DNA of 64,000 nt. It comes from Scyliorhinus canicula (taxonomy: Eukaryota). How positions within the stretch are numbered: position 1 is the stretch's first letter; every line of letters starts with the position of its first letter. Positions 49,013-60,851 of the stretch are shown piece after piece. Below the pieces are notes generated by a model, which saw nothing but the letters and a program-made list of their open reading frames with translations, was not told the DNA's origin and did no database searches. The position numbers were made by a program, and so were the translations under genes. The stretch is from positions 17,066,938-17,130,937 of the forward strand of contig NC_052146.1 in the NCBI RefSeq assembly GCF_902713615.1. Reading direction: 5' to 3'.

Positions 49013-52000
49013 AAGGACAGGGGAGTTGGCCTAGGTAGAGTGCTTTTTCGTAGGGTCGGTGCAGACCCGATGGGCTGAATAGCCTCCTTCTGCACTACAG
49101 GGATTCTATGTTAGAACACAGCCAATGTCAACAAGCAGCTATCCTAGTTGTTAAATCTATGCAAATATAAATAATCCAGCTTTATAACCCTTCCTCTGTT
49201 GTCTTGACAGCTGCTGCCAGATTGCTCGATGGCTGGCTGCTTCTCATCCACAAAACATAGGAACTAGAGACATAGGAACTACTTTAGTTTGTCTGAGGTC
49301 ATCAAGCCAGTAGCTTTAACTGCTCAATTGGTCAGATTGAAATGCGGTCCCAAAGCCCAGGCTGGCACACATGCATAAATAACAGCATGGTGTCTTTTTC
49401 AATCATTAATTTTTGGAATGCTCCACAGCTTCACAACTGTGTGTAGGAAAAAAGTGTCTCCTGCTCCCTGCTCAGAACCTCTTGTATTAGCTAGGTGCCC
49501 TTGTTCAAGATCACTGAAACCGTCCTGTTTCTACCTATTCTGTTCAATCCATCATAATTAATCTGTCAAATCATCCACTAATTTCTTCTCGTCTATTGAA
49601 AATCGGCCCACGGCTGATTAGTTTGATTGGATTGTAGCAAGACAAGAGTTTGCCACCGAAACGCTGCAGATCCAATTGATAAATGGAGCACGACTGATGT
49701 ATTTTGCAACGATGTTAAGAATCTACTCTCACATTCTGCAGTGAGTTGTGCTGTTCACAATGCCACACAGTTGGTTGTGGCACCTGCTCTGCTCCAAGGA
49801 AAGGGTCAGTTGTGCACTGAACAATTGTCCACGGTCAATTAGTTGTGATCCCCTGGAAGCAAGGGGCTGGAAGCACACGTAACAATGCAAAATTGGAAGA
49901 GTGTTTTTTTGTTAATAAATTTAGAGTACCCAATTATTTTTTTACAATTACGGGGCAATTTAGTGTGGCCAATCCACCTATTCTGCACATCTTTTAGGGC
50001 CTCACGGTAGCATGGTGGTTAGCATCAATGCTTCACAGCTCCAGGGTCCCAGGTTCGATTCCCGGCTGGGTCACTGTCTGTGTGGAGTCTGCACGTCCTC
50101 CCCGTGTGTGCGTGGGTTTCCTCCGGGTGCTCCGGTTTCCTCCCACAGTCCAAAGATGTGCGGGTTAGGTGGATTGGCCATGCTAAATTGCCCGTAGTGT
50201 AAGGTTAATGGGGGGATTGTTGGGTTACGGGTATAAGGGTTACGTGGGGTTAAGTAGGGTGATCATTGCTCGGCACAACATCGAGGGCCGAAGGGCCTGT
50301 TCTGTGCTGTACTGTTCTATGTTCTATATCTTTTTGGTTTGTGAGGGTGAAACCCACGCAGCCAGGGGGAGAATGTGCAAACTCCACACAGATAGTGACC
50401 CAGGGTTGGGATTCGAACCCGGGTCCTCAGCGCCGTAGGCAGCAATGCTAACCACTGTGCCACCGTGCTGCCCTGGAGCAGTGTTTTTTTGTTAATAAAT
50501 TTAGAGTACCCAATTCATTTTTTCCAATTAAAGGGCAATTTAGGGTGGCTAATCCACCTCGCCTGCATATCTTTGGGTTGTGGGGGTGAAACCCACGCAA
50601 ACACGGGGAGAATGTGCAAACTCCATATGGGCAGTGACCCAGAGCTGGGATCGAACCTGGGACCTCGGTGCCGTGAGGCAACAGGGCTAACCCACTGCAT
50701 CACCGTGCTGGCCTAAATTGGAACAGAGTTAACGGCCTGGGCTTCATAGAATTAGAAAATTTCATAGAATTTACAGTGCAAAAGGAGGCCATTCAGCCCA
50801 TCAAGTCTGCAGCGGCCCTCGGAAAGAGCACCCTACTTAAGCCCCACACCTCCATCCTATTCCCTTTACCCAATCTAACATTTTGGACACTAAGGGCAAT
50901 TTAAAATGGCCAATCCACCTGACCTGCACATCTTTGGACTGTAGGAGGAAACCCACGCACACACGAGGAGAACGCGCAGACTCCACACAGACAGTGACCC
51001 AAGCCGAGAATCAAACCTGGGAGCCTGGAGCTGTGAAGCAACTGTGCTAACCACTGCACTACCGTTCAATTTACCCAACCCGCCAGCAGCTGATTGGTTG
51101 GTAAAGTGCAGAGATCACACACAGTACAGGATTCCCCTGCATAATGGTAGTTTAAACACTGTCATGCATGCTATATCAATGATCAGTCCCTCACTCTGAT
51201 TGTCAGGATTGACCTCCATTGGGACGGTACAGGTTGGTTCAGGCTGCCGCATAGGTAGGTTTGCATCTGAGGAGTTGGGGGTCAATGTGGATGCTTGGGT
51301 GGGGGTAGATACCCCAACACTGGAGGGTTGCACAGGAAGGTACACTGTGCCAGTAGATGGGTGTAAATGCACATGTTTCCTGGACCCAGCAGCCTTGCCA
51401 TGGAGGTAGCTGGCGGATTTCCTGAGGCTTGGGGAAACTTGTTGTCTACAGTTAAATTCTAAAAAGTGAACAATGAGCCTCACAGCTTCATAAATGTTAA
51501 TAATATTTAAACTGATAACCCGCCTCCTTCGAGCAGCATGAGCCACCCGCCCACCATCCAGCCACATTTAAAGTCAGAAATAGGCACGTGGGAGGCGGTT
51601 TTAAGTCAAGAGTTTCTAACTTTTGGGAATTTTAAACACCCTCCAAAAATGATCCAAAACTGTCCATTTCTTTGGGTTAAAATTCCACCCGCTCCCCACT
51701 AAGTGTTCTCTTGCAAACTTAGAACCGAACCTGGGAGGTCCAGTGGAGCAATGCCTGACCACCCAACTTGGCTTGTTGATAAGTTTCTGGAGGATGCGAA
51801 TGGTCACTGAGGGCTGGAGACTTTCCTGGAGCACCAAATAACTCGGTGAGGTACTGCCTTCTTTGGGTAGGTGATCTGAGCTGAACGAGCAGCGGGAAAC
51901 ATACTTGTGCTGGGTAGCTGTGAAGATGCTGCTAGCTAAACGCAGCTCAGACTTAGCTCCTGCCAGCCCAAATTTAAACTACACGGCATTAGACAGATGG

Positions 52001-52248
52001 GCATGCTCATATTGAAAGAAACAGGGCATTTGCTGCCCAGCAAACGGAAACTACTGATGTAGTTTTCAACAGTTTTGATTTCTTTTGGAGATTACTTTTG
52101 AGCATGATTGGGATACCCTGCCAACCAGCACAAAGCTATAGAATAAATTTCTGCCTGTGTCACTGGGAGACAGAGGCACATTAATTTTGGGATGAATACA
52201 GTAAGCATCAATTTACAAATAAAAACTCAGCAAGATTAGAACGTGTGG

Positions 52249-54296
52249 TTTATTTCTCCAAATCTTGCACCAGCACAACTCCACATGTACACATGCAATA
52301 CACGCTAGCTATCATATATAGTAAAGTGCATCGATAAAAGTAACTCGCCTCAAGGTTTGAGGGGAATCAGTGGCCAGGTTGTGCAAACAAAATTCCCAGG
52401 CCAACAGAGGTAAACGTGCCCGTGAAAATATAGTCCATCAAATGGGAGTCTCTCAGTAATAGGCAAGCATAACACTGCATTATGAACAGCACTGATGTTA
52501 ATCTAAATTACGTGGCACTGTATTAGCTTCTCTTAAAATCGAGTTCACATAACGCTAATTCACTGGTGGCCCAAACAAAAATAACACAATACCACATTTA
52601 CAATCTGAATAGACTAATGTTGCACTAAAATCATGTACACAACAATGACACAAGGAACCTAGGCTTGAATGCAGCTGATGCAGGATGGTAGTCTCCCCTT
52701 CTCTCTTGTCTGAAATCAGTTCACAATGTCTCAGTCAACACAAATCCACGGTACTAAAGTGCCAGAAATTCAGTACAGTGGTTGACTTCCTTTGCCTTTT
52801 GATGGGACAGTCTTATTTGGAGTTCATTGGGGCACACAGTGCCAGAATTAGTTATTTAAAACATGGAAGGAGTGATGGGGGAAAGAGGCGAAGGGAAACA
52901 ACTGGCAGTTCCCTTCTTGGGTGGGGCTCATGCACATTGTTCTAGCATAATGGAGTTTATATCTAATCCTACACTGCACGATACCGCACCTGAACCTGAA
53001 TTGCTTCAGACACTTCACGCAAGAAGGAACAAAAATCTTCAAGCGCGGTTAGTCAGCCTGCCACTTTGATGAACACAAAAGGAATAAAATATAATTCCAG
53101 TTTTAATCTCAAAGTACATCGAAAAAAATCATTAAAAATAATGACCCGAAGTTAAGTACCTTTAGATTCAAGTAAGAGAATTTATTGTATCGATCCATGA
53201 GATTAAAAATAAATGTAAACCTGTTTATAGTGAAATCCAACAAAGATAACTTCTCATTCACTCCCATTATATGGCTATCCAACAGATTAAATCATTTCCC
53301 ATTAAATGGGACAATGAGATATACCTTAATTACTGTTTATGTAGAATTTGCATTCCAAAAATAATAGCTCTAATAATCACAGGATAACTTTCCTGTGTTA
53401 GTTTCTATCTTTATATCTCGCATGCCCTGCAAGGTCAGTCCATTGTCTCATTTTCCCTGATGACCACAGAGCAGCTTGTGTGTAACTTTCCTTTTACCTC
53501 ATTAATTTCTCTTTTTTTTTGTTGCAAAATTCATCCTTTTTCAGTGAATATTTTAAGTGCCATTTTGATTCCACTGCAAAATACATTAAAACCGCCGAGA
53601 TACACAAGCGGGTCAATAAGCAGTCTATGGAAATCACATTGATCCAGAAACTTTGACCCAGGGCGGAACACATTTTTTCAAAAACATGCTCAATTGGGAT
53701 TTGGCTCCACTCACCTGTACACAGACGCCTGATCCCCAGGAGTGCCTTTGTAGAATTCTTGGAAAGCTATCGGATTCCTCCTCCCCAACACCCCCCCACC
53801 CTCGCCCCCACACCCCACTCCCCAAAAATGAACGTAGATTACCAGATGAGGAGATCTGGACTAGAAAACCTTCACAGTGTTTCAACTGGACTAGCTCTCG
53901 CAGAACACATGGCTTCAAATTAAAAACTTTATAGCTCAAGGCATTACAGGAAATTGTCTTTTGACTGCAACGTAGCGAGAGAGAAATCAGATAGACAGCA
54001 GTGGCCACCCCACTGACCAGTGGGATGGAAAGGAAGTTGACCCATTTTGTTAAAAAAATAAATCAGAAGCAATAAGTAAATAAATCTTGGACTCTTTGCT
54101 CCACCTATCCATTAACATGGCACTGCGTGAATTTTCAGTAAATAAAGCTTGTATTTTCCTTAGTCTGCCCACTTATTCCTTTTTGATGAATGGAAGGAGG
54201 ACAACACGTCTGATGATCCAAGAGCCCTGGTTCTGGTGTTCCGCTGCTTCTGAGATTGGCCAATCCGGAGAAAAAATAAAAGGACAAAACAAAAAG
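52249..54296 (-). other. ASPHD2: Probable ASPHD2 3' UTR ending near AATAAA at 52249-52254
   Basis: About 2 kb without recognisable SINEs in an otherwise SINE-saturated window, directly after the stop codon; tttatt on + at 52249. Confidence 0.5.
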
Positions 54297-54406
54297 TCAG
54301 CGGCCCGGAGAAAAGATGAAGTCCAGAGCCTGGCGCTCAGTGGCAGCAACGTTCGGGTGCCACAAATCAATCATGAAGACCACCCGTGGACCTTCTTCAC
54401 TTGGAC
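54297..54406 (-). CDS. ASPHD2: ASPHD2, last coding exon
   Basis: Acceptor ccttttttgtgattgtag; reads (G)[35 protein letters not shown], matching the ASPHD2 C-terminus (…[23 protein letters not shown]). Phase 1 agrees with the upstream exon. Confidence 0.92.
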
Positions 54407-55259
54407 CTACAATCACAAAAAAGGAATCATTAGGTAATAGGTTGGCCAAAGGAAAATACTTCTCACTTTGTACAACACCCTTCCGAATTACACTGACAGG
54501 AATCTCAGTCAGGTGATATAGTGAGAAACAAAAAGTACATACATATTCAGTGAGGAAAAGCTATTCTCAATTGTGATGCACTGTAGGATGAAATAGCCAT
54601 CTGAGTGCATTGGAATCAGATCGTAATAATGAAACAGGTCATTTGGTACAGTAAAATATACTGAGGCGCTTCGGTTAGGAATAATAATAACAATCTTTAT
54701 TAGTGTCACAAGTAAGCTTACATTAACACTGCGATGAATATACTGTGAAAATCTCCGAGTCGCCACACTACGTGCCTGTTTGGATACACTGAGGGAGAAT
54801 TCAGAATGTCCCAATTTCGTGAAGGTAAAAAGTAGAAAAAAACCTAAGTAGAAACCTTCCCTAGTGGTTAACACTGCTACCTCACAGCGCCAGGGACCCG
54901 GGTTCGATTCCGGCCTTGAGTGACTGTGTGAAGTTTGTACGTTCTCCCAGTGTCTGCACGGATTTCCTCCAGGTGCTCCTGTTTTCACCCATGGTCCAAT
55001 GCAGGTTAGGTGGATTGGCTACGATCAATGCACGAGGTCACAGTGATAGGGCGGTGGAGTGGGCCTAGATAGATTGCAGACTTGATGGGCCAAATGGCCT
55101 CCTTCTGCACTGTAGGAATTCTATGAATTCTGTAGTGACAGGGATCCAGAGACGCACAGAGACACAGAAAAAAAACAGAAGGGTATATTCCACCGTCCCA
55201 AATGACCTGTTTCGTTGTTACTGGTTTCAATCTGATTCCAATGCACTCAGATTGAGTTA

Positions 55260-55348
<89 letters not shown>
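55260..55348. repeat. Compound microsatellite (TG)n(TA)n(CA)n in the last ASPHD2 intron
   Basis: Directly visible. Confidence 0.95.
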
Positions 55349-55354
<6 letters not shown>

Positions 55355-58300
55355 AGAACAAACTCAATGTGTTTGCTCTGAAGTTGAAGCAATAGTGAGG
55401 TTAGTTTGCATTTTTGGGTGTTTCAGGGAGAGATAACAATTGAAGAAAAGAACCTAGTGAATGTTCAGCAGTCTGCCAGAAGAAAACGGTGCGAAACTGA
55501 GATAACCCAAGGACAGTGATAATTCTTTATTAAAATAAATTTAGAACTACCAATTATTTTTTTTTCCAATTAAATGGCAATTTAGCATGGCCAATTCACC
55601 TACCATGTACAACAAAGGGAGAATGTACAAACTCCACACGGACAGTGACCTGGGGCCGGGATTGAATCTAGGTCCTCGACGCGTGAAGCAGCAGTGCTAA
55701 CCACTGCACCGGCCCTAGATATGATAATTATATGATATATAAATTCTGCTAGTCTTACTTGTAACACGTATTGAGTTTTGTTTTGGTTAAACTTTTGTAA
55801 TTGTACGACATGACATATGTAGTTGTGAAACCGGGCAGCACGGTAGCATAGCGGTTAGCACAGTTGCTTCACAGATCCAGGGTGCCAGGTTCGATCCCCG
55901 GCTTGGGTCACTGTCTGTGCGGAGTCTGCATGTTCTCCCTGTGTCTGCGTGGGTTTCCTCCGGGTGCTCCGGTTTCCTCCCACAGTCCAAAGATGTGCAG
56001 GTTAGGTGGATTGGCCATGTTAAATTGTCCTGAGTGTCCAAAAAGGTTGGTGGGGTTACTGGGTTACGAGGGTAGGGTGATGGTGTGGGCTTGGGTATGG
56101 TGCTCTTGCCAAGGGCCAGTGCAGACTCGATGGGCCAAATGGCCTTCTTCTGCACTGTAAATTCAATAAGAAACGAGACGAAAATTTTATTTGAGAAGTA
56201 TACAATATGTCATTTGTTTGAAGTTTATGACGTTCAGTCCGTCCTTGTAAAGGAGATGCAAGGCCATTGTAAAGAAATCTTACTTGTAGTGAAGCTTTGT
56301 TTCTTTCAAGTGGGAAGGTATGATGAATCGCAAGGAAAAGAAAAATACCTATCTTAAGTTTAAATCTGTGGTCGGAGGCAGTTAAGTCCAGTACCTAGTG
56401 GGCATCGGGGGTTTCTATGCATGCACCAGTTATAGCATGGTTACACATGTGCAGATTTTCACATTTTCAGGCCGAAAAACAGCCCTGAAGACATGTGCGT
56501 TTTGTTTCTTTTACTTCTTCAGATCAGACACCAGTCTTGCGCAGAAGTAGAAAACAAGCAGAAAAGTGAAAGTGTGAAAAGGAAATCAAGTGATCTGGAA
56601 AAAGAGCAACACTGCAGAGTTCTTGTCCGAAGGAGCAGGTCACAGGGAGGGGGACATGAAGCAGGTCCCCCAGATTAAGATCCCAAACTAGAGCGGCATG
56701 TGGCGCAATGGTTAGCACTAGGACTGCGGCACTGAGGACCCGGATTCGAATCCTGGTCCTGTGTCACTGTCCATGTGGTGTTTGCATATTCTCCCCATGT
56801 CTGCGTGGGTTTCACCCCCACAACACAAAGATGTGCTGGTTAGGTGGATTGGCCACACTAAATTGCCCCTTAATTGGAAAAGAAAAATAATTGGCTATTC
56901 TAAATTTATATTTTAAAAAATCCCAAACTAAGGAGTGGCACATAAAGAGGTCCCAGAAGACAGTCCAAGTTAAGGGACAATGGCAACAGGTCTTGTTAAG
57001 GTAAAGGGAGCAAGAGAAATAGACTTCAAATTTAAGAGAGAAAGCTGTGGGGAGCAGACTTGCACCACAGTGGGTTTGAGACAATTGAGAAGATCTGAGG
57101 AAGCAGCCTAAAGTTGGTGACTCCTTACAGATCATCGGTGTTCTGCTTGGCCTAACCGAATATCTGTAAGTGAGTTTAGAAGGTGAAGCTTGAATGTACA
57201 TAGAGATCCAGAAGAAAAGGAACATCAGCAGGCGAGTTTGAAACACTGGAGGAGGGTCCTTGTGGAAGTGAGGTTTGGAAGAGCACTCCAAGTCGAGTTC
57301 TTCTAATATGGAGATAGGAAGCCCTCCTGGAGAAAGAAAGTTTCAGTGAGACCAGTTGGCTCCCAGTTTTAAAAGCTGATGCGAAATCTAGTCCAAAGAT
57401 GTGCACGTTGGATGGATTGGCCATGCTAAATCACCCTTCGTGTCCAAGGTATGCGTATGTTAGGTGGGGTTATGGAGATATGGGGATAGGGTGGGGAAGT
57501 GGGCCTAGATGGGGGTGCTCTTTCAGAGGGTCGTTGCAGACATGCTGGATTGAATGGCCTCCTTCTGCGCTGTAGCAATTCTATGAATTCCCTGGAATCT
57601 TTTTAAAAATAAATTTAGAGTACCCAATTCAATTTTTCCAATTAAGGGGCGATTTAGTGTGGCCAATCCACCTAACCTGCACATCTTTGGGTTGTGAGGA
57701 CGAAACCCACGCAAACACAGGGAGAATGTGCTAACTCCACACGGACAGTGACCCAGAGCCGGGATCGAACCTGGGACCTCAGCGGCATGAGGCAGCTGTG
57801 CTAACCACTAGGCCACCGTGCTGCCACCCTGGAATCTGTTTTATGTGGCATCTGTCACTCGCCTTGGATATGCCTAATCACAAGTTGCTTATTAGTTTAC
57901 ATGTACCACATACCGTGAATAGCAGCGTAGATGATAGATATAGTAGGTTGGTGTCTTTACAAACTTAATGTATCTGTAAAGGTAGTGCTGCAGTGACAAA
58001 ATAGGGAGATTTAACTCATTTACTGGTGTTTGCATTGAAGTCTTTCCAACTTTTTTGTAACATAGTTCATTTTTCTTGTTTAATAAAAATTTTATTCTTT
58101 ATGTTAAAGGTACACTAACAGGTGCAGCACGGTGGCGCAGTGGGTTCGCCCTGCAGCCTCACGACGCCGAGGTCCCAGGTTTGATCCCGGCTCTGGGTCA
58201 CGGTCCGTGTGGAGTTTGCACATTTTTCCCGTGTTTGCGTGGGTTTCGCTCCCACAACGCAAAGATGTGCAGTCTAGGTGGATTGGCCACGCAAAATTGC

Positions 58301-58830
58301 CCCTTAATTGCAAAAAAATAATAGGGTACACTAAATTTATAAAAAAGGTACACTAACAAACTCGTGCAAATGCATATAGTGGCTGCCCTCCACTGTTTCT
58401 AGAAAAAAAGCAAAAGTTAGAACCTACCAAGCCAGATTTCACTCTGGGATTTGATTTGTCCAGTATTATAACATTAGCCTGGCCTGCTGTTTTCTGTTTT
58501 TGTTTAACATTGGCTGCGATTGTAACAGTTCACCAAAACATCAGAGAAAATTTGAGAACAAGACACATAAGGATCTAATAATAATAATATCTTTATTATT
58601 GTCACAAGTAGGCTTACATTAACACTGCAATGAAGGGGCTGGTTTAGCTCACTGAGCTAAAATCGCTGGCTTTTAAAGCTGACCAAGCAGGCCAGCAGCA
58701 CGGTTCGATTCCCGTACCAGCCTCCCCGGACAGGCGCCGAATGTGGCGACTAGGGGCTTTTGAAATGAAATGAATGAAAATCGCTTATTGTCACGAGTAG
58801 GCTTCAATGAAGTTACTGTGAAAAGCCCCT

Positions 58831-59453
58831 TAATTTAACTTACAATAAGGATAAGTGCGTGTTTAGCACCGACCGTCTAGCCATCCTTGGCCACGTAGTG
58901 CATAACGGAGTGATAGGCCCCGATCCCGAACGCATGCGCCCCCTGATGGAACTTCCCCTCCCCAACTCCCTCAAATCCCTCAAACGCTGCCTGGGCTTCT
59001 TCTCATACTACGCCCAGTGGGTCCCCAACTACGCCGACAAAGCCCACCCCCTCATCCAGTCCACCTCCTTTCCCCTGTCAATGGAGGCCCTCCAGGCCTT
59101 TAGCCGCATCAAAGCGGATATCGCAAAGGCCACGATGCATGCTATCGACGAGTCCCTCCCATTCCAGGTCGAGAGTGACGCGTCTGACGTAGCTCTGGCG
59201 GCCACCCTGAACCAAGCAGGCAGACCCGTGGCCTTCTTTTCACGAACCCTCCACTCTTCCGAAATCCGCCATTCCTTGGTGGAAAAGGAGGCACAGGCCA
59301 TAGTTGAAGCTGTGCGATACTGGAGGCACTATCTGGCGAGCAGGAGGTTTACCCTCCTCACAGACCAACGGTCAGTAGCTTTCATGTTCGACAATGCACA
59401 GAGGGGCAAGATCAAGAACGACAAGATCTTGCGGTGGCAGATCGAGTTGTCCA
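58831..59453 (+). mobile_element. Ty3/Gypsy pol fragment (RT C-terminus, connection, RNase H), no LTRs
   Basis: Uninterrupted frame NLTYNKDKCVFST…LGHVV…GPDPER…LKRCLGFFSYY…VESDASDVALAATLNQ…RPVAFFSRTL…EKEAQAIVEAVRYWRHYL…FTLLTDQRSV…KILRW. Confidence 0.93.
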
Positions 59454-60046
59454 CCTAGTCGCCACATTCCGCGCCTGTCCGGGGAGGCTGGTACGGTAAT
59501 CGAACCGTGCTGCTGGCCTGCTTTAAAAGCCAGCGATTTAGCCCAGTGAGCTAAACCAGCCCCCTTTCACAGTAACTTCATTGAAGTCTACTCGTGACAA
59601 TAAGCGATTTTCATTTCATTTAATTTTCAAGTTACCGTGAAAAGCCCCGAGCCTCCACACTCCGGCGCCTGTTCGGGTACACTGAGGGAGAATTCAGAAT
59701 GTCCAATTCACCTAACAAGCACGTCTTTTGGGGCTTGTGGGAGGAAACCCACTTGGTCTAAGAAGTAGATTTCAAGGGGTGCCTTAAAGAGGAAAGATAG
59801 AGAGAGGCAGAGATTTAAGGCAGGGAATTCCAGAGGCGAGGGCCTAGACAACTGAAGCTACAACAACCAGTGATGGGGCAAAGAAATCAAGAGCCAGAAT
59901 TGCAGGGACACAGATCACTCAGGGAGTGTAGAACTGGAGGAGATTGCAGCAGCAAGGAGGAGAGGGGCCAAGGAGGGATTGGAACACAAGAATGAGAAAT
60001 TAAAGATGAGGTTAAAATAATGACTGACAGTTACCAGTATACTTGC

Positions 60047-60160
60047 CTCCATGGAATGCTGTGTGTAGGAAGGAATCATCAAACAGCAAACAGCGTCCTT
60101 CTGCCCAGCATTGCGGCTCCCCGCCTACCACCAATTCACAACTGCTGGGAACCTTTAAAC
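60047..60160 (-). CDS. ASPHD2: ASPHD2 (aspartate beta-hydroxylase domain-containing 2), penultimate coding exon
   Basis: Acceptor ctcctgctattgcag; 114 nt reading (G)[37 protein letters not shown](G), the conserved ASPH-domain segment containing DDSFLH. Donor AG|GCAAGT. Confidence 0.92.
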
Positions 60161-60507
60161 CTGCAATAGCAGGAGACCATAGTGACAATGAACACTGCAG
60201 ACCAACATTAACAATATAGACATTGAAAAGAAAAATGGAATCAAATGTGAAAAACAACACGATAATTGCTAACCATGTAGCTTAACAAATGGGATGTCAG
60301 AAAGTGGCCCATATTACCATTGATGCTAATTAATCCAGATACTGCTATTCTGTGGACCTTCTGCTCTTCTCCAAAGTTCTGCATTCCAGTCCACTCCTAC
60401 AAATGGACCATGCATTCCCCATGATTCTGAATGCCATCCATCCAGTATTTTCATGTCTGCACATTTTTCACCTGATTACTTTGTAAATGAATCTTTTGAT
60501 TCATTTA

Positions 60508-60851
60508 GGGGCAGCAGGGTAGCATGGTGGTTAGCATAAATGCTTCACAGCTCCAGGGTCCCAGGTTCGATTCCCGGCTGGGTCACTGTCTGTGCGGAGT
60601 CTGCACGTCCTCCCCCTGTGTGCGTGGGTTTCCTCCGGGTGCTCCGGTTTCCTCCCACAGTCCAAAGATGTGCGGGTTAGGTGGATTGGCCATGCTAAAT
60701 TGCCCGTAGTGTCCTAATAAAAGTAAGGTTAAGGGGGGGTTGTTGGGTTACGGGTATAGGGTGGATACGTGGGTTTGAGTAGGGTGATCATGGCTCGGCA
60801 CAACATTGAGGGCCGAAGGGCCTGTTCTGTGCTGTACTGTTCTATGTTCTA
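60508..60851 (+). mobile_element. V-SINE variant with a second CR1-type tail ending ttctatgttcta (also 49996-50326)
   Basis: Tail gggtgatcatggctcggcacaacattgagggccgaagggcctgttctgtgctgtactgttctatgttcta; the 50.0 kb and 60.5 kb copies are nearly identical. Confidence 0.8.

Noticed and set aside
53700-53790. Strong minus-strand donor CAG|GTGAGT at about 53714
   Set aside because: It lies within the probable ASPHD2 3' UTR with no matching acceptor or coding signal; could be a UTR intron but is unsupported.
58636-58725. tRNA gene (A box, B box, gctggt/accagc stem, TTT anticodon-like loop)
   Set aside because: Over-long variable region, a loop that differs between copies, and always fused to a LINE-type tail: a SINE head.
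58859-59458. Domesticated Gypsy-derived gene (199-aa ORF)
   Set aside because: GTG start is arbitrary, the stop comes from the host SINE, and it lies antisense in an ASPHD2 intron with no exon signals.
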